In this document: positions 44,305 through 49,847 of the stretch, in pieces | Numbering within the stretch: position 1 is the first letter of the stretch | Layout of the letters: every line of letters begins with the position of its first letter | From: an uncultured Methanosarcinales archaeon | Lineage (GTDB): Archaea > Nanobdellota > Nanobdellia > Woesearchaeales > WJKV01 | DNA length: 49,847 nt | Direction of reading: 5' to 3' | Assembly: GCA_964576505.1 (NCBI GenBank) | Contig: CAZNVD010000006.1 | Span: 741 to 50,587 of the forward strand | Translations under genes and position numbers: made by a program | Notes under the pieces: generated by a model | Told to the model about the DNA's origin: nothing | Databases searched by the model: none | Seen by the model: the letters and a program-made list of their open reading frames with translations, nothing else

Positions 44305-47300
44305 TTATTTTGGCCTCAGTTCTCGCGTAATCGCTCTAAAGAATTCAGGCTTTGGCACAGGAATAAGCGAAGTTGAATCAGCAACTGCAAATACAGTTGC
44401 CTTATCTCCTGACGCTTCACAAATAATAGTATCCTTTGCATGCCCATCGCGACTCTTATCATACGCATTAACTGAAGCACAAACATCTCCACTGAACCCG
44501 CTGAACTGCACTGTGAAATATGAATGAATATCTCCCGACTCAGAAGTCTTCGCTTCTTTCACACTTACAATAGACTTGCTTCCAAACTTAGCAACATAAA
44601 TATCATCAAACACCCTGGCACGGCCAAGAGGGGTTGGCGGAATTTCATGGAATCCAGTTGTCGTCGCTCCAAAGAATGATTTTACTTTCTCAATAATATA
44701 GTCATAAAGGCTTCCTGCGCTTCCAGCTGAAAGTACATCAGTTCCTGAAGGTGCATAAATAAATGATTCAGTTTTATTGTTCCAATAGAAACCCGAACCA
44801 CAATACTTGAAATCAAATTCATCCACGCTTCCTAAACATCCTGAAACATCAAGGTCATAATCAAATGATTCCTTCACAGCAGTCTTTAATGAAATCTGAC
44901 TGGCTTCAGGTATCGACACATCACTGCCCAGCGCATTATAACTTGATCCAATTACAATTTCTCCATCTTTGTTTAGAATGCACAGATTGTTAAACACAGA
45001 TTTGTCAATTCTATTTGTAAACACAGGTGTTATTCCTCCCAGGAATCCTTCAATGTAAGCTTTTTTGTCTTTACCTTCATTCACAAGCACATCATGATAA
45101 GGTCCGCAAGTCAATGTGTAACCATCCTCAAACGATCCCATTAACTTCTGTGCAATAATGTGAGTCCGCGAACTCCATGTTCCTTTATTACAATACAATC
45201 CTTGCACTGAGTTAGATTTGAAATTGCTCTTCTTTACAACACCAGCAATATTTGTTGATCGTGAATACCAAGCACTAGGTTTACACGCACTCGGCACTTG
45301 TGTAGCTGTCTGTCCTACCGCAATACTAGGATCAAGTAAACAACTTTCAGCATCTGGACAGAATCCATACTCACTATCTAACCAGTCCCACTGTAGCTCA
45401 CTCTCAGTCCATTCACCAGCAATGCATCGTGATCCACTTACAACATCTCCTGGTTTAGGTTTACCATCAAGAGTCACTCCAGAAGGCAAACTTCCGCTGC
45501 CAGATACTTCATCTTCCTGCGTCCCTTTACAAGCAGTCCCAGTCCAGCAATCTCCCACACGGCAACATCCAGCAGTTATTCCATCTGGATCAGCAACTTT
45601 ACTGCTTCTTTCAAATGCATAAACAGTTCCTGTAGATACACTATAACTATCATCACTCCATCCATCAGGTCCGCAATAATAACTTCCTTCACCTTCAGCT
45701 CCCCTCACATCACAATCAGAAACCGTTTCAACTATTTTCTTTCCTGTTCCATCTCCTTTATCATCCGTCTCTTCAACATCAAGCACCCACGAATATCCGC
45801 CAACTGCATTACATCCTAACAACTTTCCGCTCACAGCATCACCGAGAACTCTGAATGAAGTTTCATTACTTGTACTGCTTGTAACTTTAATACGATCTGC
45901 TTGCCCAGAGAGCGGAAGTTTCCGTGACGCAAAACAGCTTCCTTTAGTATCAAGATAGAATTCAGATTTATATCCAAACTCAGAATTTACTTCACTATAA
46001 TCATCCCCACAGCATCGGGTTCCAGTCCAGTACATAAGATCTTGCTGACTATCGCATGCTTTTCCACCTGACGCTTCATCATTATCAAGATCAAGTAACC
46101 ATTGCCCTGCACTAAACTCAGTCTGACGACCGCAGAACAATGCACCCTTTGGTTCAGCAAGGAAAAACTGATGTAAATTGATCCGCCCCACATCATCTTC
46201 TGCACTCATCGTGAATTCCGTAATATTCCCAGAAGGCAAGTAAGGTTTAGGAATAATTACATGGTACCATATCCCGCTAAGCACCTCTCTGCTTCCAGTA
46301 TAGAATGAAGACAACGGCTCACTAAAAGTAGTTTTTCCCTTAATAGTAAGAGTAATCAAATCACTTTTCCCAGCATTCTCAAAGAAGATATTGAAATGCA
46401 ACGCATCATATGGTGTCCAGTCAAGAACCTCGGGCTTTTCATCCAGCTTGAGATCAAGATCAGTAAACAGGAATGTGCACAAATCATAAGCACATACATC
46501 TCCTACTTTATTGAACTCATGTAAATCTTCACTAAACGGACTTGGAATGATTTTCCCCCACACAAACCCTGTACTTTCATCATCATCATTCAATTCTTCT
46601 CCACTGCCTGCTGTAAACTTATTGTTTTTAGCAACACCCGCATGACACTCCGCAATCTCTTCTTTAGATGAAGTATAACATACAAAGTCACTATCTTTCA
46701 CATCTTTACAATCAAAAATACTTTCTCCATCACAAGGCTCACCTTCTGAAGAAAATGTATTCCCTTTAGTATACCTCTCACTTAACGAAGAATCATCATC
46801 ACACACAAACCACGATCCTCCATCTCCTCCAAGCACATCATAAACATCTTTAGTATCGCTAATCTCAGTAAACAATGGGAAATCTTTGTAATCTAAAATT
46901 TCAGGATCAAATAAATCAGGCACAGTCTTAACTTCATACACTCCACCAGCACGTACGTGGTCAGCAGGTCTCCATTCCATACGAGTCGTTCCTTCTGCAT
47001 CACACACAAACTGAAGCCCAGTATCATCACTAAATATCAGCCCTTCATCCCCATAATCATCACCACAACAGGCAAGGCTTCCAAAAGTAGAATCCGTAGC
47101 TTCAAGATTTCCTCCCCATGCCCGCTTGGAAGTAAGCGAACTCCCTCCAAATAAAGGATCATACTGACTCCATCTTCCCACCGGACATCCGCGACCAGCT
47201 CCTGAATACTTTATTCCTCCATTACAAAAAATCTCAGAATTATCTGGATTATCAGCTGCATCGCTTCCAGTATCTCCAGGCATATCATCACCGCAACACA

Positions 47301-47676
47301 TCATTCCAGTAGTCATATTATCATCAAACACTGTTGATCTTCCAATATCAGAACTCGCACCATATTTAGCGCAATGATCTTCCACAGAATCAAAATCAAG
47401 AGTATACGCTACACAATACCCGTCTCCAGAAGATGGAATCCCGCTACACCATCCAGATCCACCGTCTGCGCTTGCAAGAACCTTTAAAGGGCCTTCACAT
47501 GAATAGACTGGATCAGCACTTACACTATCTCCTCCTGTTACTGTCTTTGTGAATGGCCTTTCATCACTTTTTCCTTCACCTGTACACATGAGAGTAAGAG
47601 TCAAAGCAGAACTAATTTGAACTATGAGAATTAACATAAATACTCCCGCACCCAACACCCACCATCTTTTACCCAT
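44305..47676 (-). CDS. Giant secreted Cys-rich protein with repeated CCGDD modules
   Basis: 1123 aa. The Sec-type signal is MGKRWWVLGAGVFMLILIVQISSA-LT. Recurring motifs are MMCCGDDMPGD, LACCGDDYGDE and TRCCGDDYSEV. I recognised no enzymatic motif. Confidence 0.6.
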   Translation of the reverse strand: MGKRWWVLGAGVFMLILIVQISSALTLTLMCTGEGKSDERPFTKTVTGGDSVSADPVYSCEGPLKVLASADGGSGWCSGIPSSGDGYCVAYTLDFDSVEDHCAKYGASSDIGRSTVFDDNMTTGMMCCGDDMPGDTGSDAADNPDNSEIFCNGGIKYSGAGRGCPVGRWSQYDPLFGGSSLTSKRAWGGNLEATDSTFGSLACCGDDYGDEGLIFSDDTGLQFVCDAEGTTRMEWRPADHVRAGGVYEVKTVPDLFDPEILDYKDFPLFTEISDTKDVYDVLGGDGGSWFVCDDDSSLSERYTKGNTFSSEGEPCDGESIFDCKDVKDSDFVCYTSSKEEIAECHAGVAKNNKFTAGSGEELNDDDESTGFVWGKIIPSPFSEDLHEFNKVGDVCAYDLCTFLFTDLDLKLDEKPEVLDWTPYDALHFNIFFENAGKSDLITLTIKGKTTFSEPLSSFYTGSREVLSGIWYHVIIPKPYLPSGNITEFTMSAEDDVGRINLHQFFLAEPKGALFCGRQTEFSAGQWLLDLDNDEASGGKACDSQQDLMYWTGTRCCGDDYSEVNSEFGYKSEFYLDTKGSCFASRKLPLSGQADRIKVTSSTSNETSFRVLGDAVSGKLLGCNAVGGYSWVLDVEETDDKGDGTGKKIVETVSDCDVRGAEGEGSYYCGPDGWSDDSYSVSTGTVYAFERSSKVADPDGITAGCCRVGDCWTGTACKGTQEDEVSGSGSLPSGVTLDGKPKPGDVVSGSRCIAGEWTESELQWDWLDSEYGFCPDAESCLLDPSIAVGQTATQVPSACKPSAWYSRSTNIAGVVKKSNFKSNSVQGLYCNKGTWSSRTHIIAQKLMGSFEDGYTLTCGPYHDVLVNEGKDKKAYIEGFLGGITPVFTNRIDKSVFNNLCILNKDGEIVIGSSYNALGSDVSIPEASQISLKTAVKESFDYDLDVSGCLGSVDEFDFKYCGSGFYWNNKTESFIYAPSGTDVLSAGSAGSLYDYIIEKVKSFFGATTTGFHEIPPTPLGRARVFDDIYVAKFGSKSIVSVKEAKTSESGDIHSYFTVQFSGFSGDVCASVNAYDKSRDGHAKDTIICEASGDKATVFAVADSTSLIPVPKPEFFRAITRELRPK

Positions 47677-47707
47677 CTTTTTTTTACTTCTCTTTTTTTT
47701 CTAACTC

Positions 47708-49847
47708 TTAAATCTTAAATTGCGGATTCGTTCCACTACTAGTTTGCTCTTTGTCTGCATCCTGATTCTCTCCTTCAACTGCAGACGCATCTACCTTTGT
47801 ACTATTTTGATAATCATCAAGTGCTGCAAACGCCCCGTCACAGATTTTATCCCTATCATAATCAAAGTCAAACAATCCACTGAAACCATCCATCGCATTG
47901 CCGAATATATGATTAAAAGAATAAATCAGCATAGCAAGATCAGCTGCTCCGCATGCAATACTCCACGGTCCCATTGGACTTGCAGGGAACACTGTATTCT
48001 TTTGATTAGCCAAAATGCATACATCTACATTTTTTCCAACTTGGAATGGTGCACACGCCTTATCTTTTGCCGCCAAAATAAGTCTTGCAGGTAGTTCACG
48101 TACGAAAGCAATTATCTGTGTCATTATTGTCTTAAACAAAAGATATCCTGGAATTAAATGGAACAAAGCTCCACCCCAGAATACACATGTCCTTACTTGG
48201 TGTTCAATATCACATTCTGAAGTCGAAAATCCATAACGTGCATTATCTGAAATACATCTCGCATGAATACATTGAAGATCTCTATATTTGAGCGCATTAT
48301 GAACAACACCTGGAATACATAAACAACCAACTGCAACTGCCCACGAATCAAATGGATTCATATGTACAGCTACATTTACATTTGCAAGATTGTCAAGATT
48401 AAGTGTATCATTTTTGCTAATTCTTTCCTGGAACGCTTCCTTTGACTCTCCTTCAATTGGTGGAACAGAACTTAATCCGATTCCAGATGCAATTTTATCA
48501 TTAAACTCATCAACTATTCCTGTTAATCCAAATCCTTGATTACATTGCGCACACGTTGCAAATGCGCAAACTCGCCTCGCAATTCCTCCAATAGATGCAA
48601 ATCCTGAAGCAGGCGCAGCAGCTTCATTCCGTGCAACTCCGCCGGCAAGAGCTTCGATTCCCGCCTTATCCCAGCTATAAATAAAGTCAGTATCACTTGG
48701 CCACAACACATCCTTAATCTCCTTCACCCAACACTCAAGCGATAGGAATCCTTGCCAGATCCCATTTCCTCCAGAGGTTCCAAGAAGCGACGCAATTACA
48801 TAAACAAGTGGCTTTACTGTTTCAATAATACCATAAACTCGCTGAACAATTTGCATAATATTGCAAATCTTTCTGATGTAAAACAAAATCTGGTCTAATG
48901 TTTCAGCAAGTGAAACCCATCCTTGATCTACACTATCCTTAATATCTTCTAATTTATCGAGCACAGCCTGATCAATCTCTCCCACTGCAACATTATACAA
49001 CTCAAGATTTACCTTAAATTTCTCAATTTCAGGTTTCTTGTATGCAACTCCTCCTGACCGCACCAGCATACTCAATTCACAATCAAATGAAACCTTATCA
49101 AGAAGTGCAGAAGTACTATCTAGAAGCAAAGTAATCACCATGTGCGGATTCAATGTATCCTTTGCAAGCAAATATGGATTATTTCCTTCGCCTTCGTATA
49201 GGAATTCAGTTCCCCCTTCACAATGTAACAGTTTCTCAGAAATCAATGTTCCTGAAGGAACTCGAATAGTTAAAGGCACATAAACTTTAAGTGGAATTGA
49301 TGACGCAACTCTTCGATCAACTCGAGGAGGCTTACTACTTCCAACTGAAACCGAAACCACATTGGGACTAAGTTCAGCCTCAGTCCTGAACACCTGTATA
49401 TTCTTCGAAAAAGTTCCCGAATTTCCTGCAAGATCTTTCAATATGAATGTGACAGGTTCAAGAAGAACTTCATTTCTCACTGAAACTTCAAATGTACAAA
49501 CATTTTTCTTTGTTCCATTTACTGCTTTACAAGTTCCTTCAACAATCCCTTGATCTGAAATCCTGTGCACATCAACAATTGCACTTGAAATATCTTGATC
49601 TTCAACAAAATTAACATCAAACACTAATGGCCTTTCAGCAGAGGGAGCTGGATCATTTTGTTCCACTGATGTTATTTTAGGACCAACTGTATCAATAAAA
49701 ATAAGTTTACTTTCAACTCTGCTATGTCCGAATACATCTGACGCACTCACTTTGATTTCAGCAAACCTGTTTCCAGGAGAAACAACAATATTCTGCCATG
49801 AACACACATTCTCAATACATTTAGTAGGCCGCACAGATTGTCCGGCT
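47708..49847 (-). CDS. Large membrane-associated Cys-rich protein (N-terminus beyond window edge)
   Basis: The frame is open to the window end; the track start at 49834 is only the first GTG. The N-terminal part is beta-rich and Ig-like (IFIDTVGPKITSV...VFDVNF). The C-terminal part has several hydrophobic helices interspersed with conserved-looking Cys pairs (CAFATCAQC, VGCLCIPG, CIHARC). A 31-nt gap separates it from the next gene. Confidence 0.55.
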   Translation of the reverse strand, partial: AGQSVRPTKCIENVCSWQNIVVSPGNRFAEIKVSASDVFGHSRVESKLIFIDTVGPKITSVEQNDPAPSAERPLVFDVNFVEDQDISSAIVDVHRISDQGIVEGTCKAVNGTKKNVCTFEVSVRNEVLLEPVTFILKDLAGNSGTFSKNIQVFRTEAELSPNVVSVSVGSSKPPRVDRRVASSIPLKVYVPLTIRVPSGTLISEKLLHCEGGTEFLYEGEGNNPYLLAKDTLNPHMVITLLLDSTSALLDKVSFDCELSMLVRSGGVAYKKPEIEKFKVNLELYNVAVGEIDQAVLDKLEDIKDSVDQGWVSLAETLDQILFYIRKICNIMQIVQRVYGIIETVKPLVYVIASLLGTSGGNGIWQGFLSLECWVKEIKDVLWPSDTDFIYSWDKAGIEALAGGVARNEAAAPASGFASIGGIARRVCAFATCAQCNQGFGLTGIVDEFNDKIASGIGLSSVPPIEGESKEAFQERISKNDTLNLDNLANVNVAVHMNPFDSWAVAVGCLCIPGVVHNALKYRDLQCIHARCISDNARYGFSTSECDIEHQVRTCVFWGGALFHLIPGYLLFKTIMTQIIAFVRELPARLILAAKDKACAPFQVGKNVDVCILANQKNTVFPASPMGPWSIACGAADLAMLIYSFNHIFGNAMDGFSGLFDFDYDRDKICDGAFAALDDYQNSTKVDASAVEGENQDADKEQTSSGTNPQFKI

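Noticed and set aside
41460-47676. The giant surface proteins as targets of a diversity-generating retroelement, as reported for some DPANN archaea.
   Set aside because: No reverse transcriptase gene is in the window. I found no template/variable repeat pair (near-identical 100-150 bp with adenine-specific differences) at the 3-prime ends by eye. This cannot be excluded for sequence outside the window.
1-49847. A search for CRISPR arrays, tRNA, rRNA, SRP or RNase P RNA genes.
   Set aside because: I saw no regularly spaced 25-40 nt repeats. No T-loop (GGTTCGAATC-like) or acceptor-stem pattern appears in any intergenic region. The intergenic spaces are all under 200 nt and are accounted for by promoters, terminators or the repeats described.

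Overview
AT-rich (about 35-40% GC by eye), very gene-dense archaeal DNA. The informational genes are archaeal-type: membrane LonB, ribosomal protein S15, class II ProRS with a C-terminal Zn domain, archaeal/eukaryal TrpRS, RNase P Rpp21 and AglB/STT3. Many genes have a TATA box 22-32 nt upstream of the start codon, which implies leaderless mRNAs. Compactness, sparse metabolism and giant Cys-rich surface proteins suggest a small-genome DPANN-like archaeon; this is inference only. The window has four parts. (1) 1-5.3 kb holds toxin-antitoxin modules and two GT-C membrane glycosyltransferases. (2) 0.6-25.4 kb is a roughly 25 kb protein/lipid glycosylation island. It contains GT2 Dol-P-hexose synthase, four GT4 enzymes, three or more GT-C proteins, three SAM methyltransferases, AsnB amidotransferase, NodB and PIG-L deacetylases, two P-loop kinases and a Wzx-type flippase. 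It ends in an aglB gene that carries a C-terminal parvulin PPIase domain. (3) 25.4-41.4 kb is a housekeeping block: lonB, rpiB, proS, rps15, rnp4, nnr, tkt, trpS, regulators, a PIN/RHH pair and a coiled-coil trio. (4) 41.5-49.8 kb is a tightly packed minus-strand operon of three giant, extremely Cys-rich, secreted or membrane proteins of unknown function, and it is my top candidate for an undescribed system. I saw no rRNA, tRNA, CRISPR array, transposase or integrase. Non-coding signals include a covarying double-hairpin element in three copies, two cases where a duplicated gene 3-prime end plus terminator flanks inserted DNA, 10-nt tandem operators in TA promoters, and enriched GAATC/GATTC pentamers upstream of promoters.
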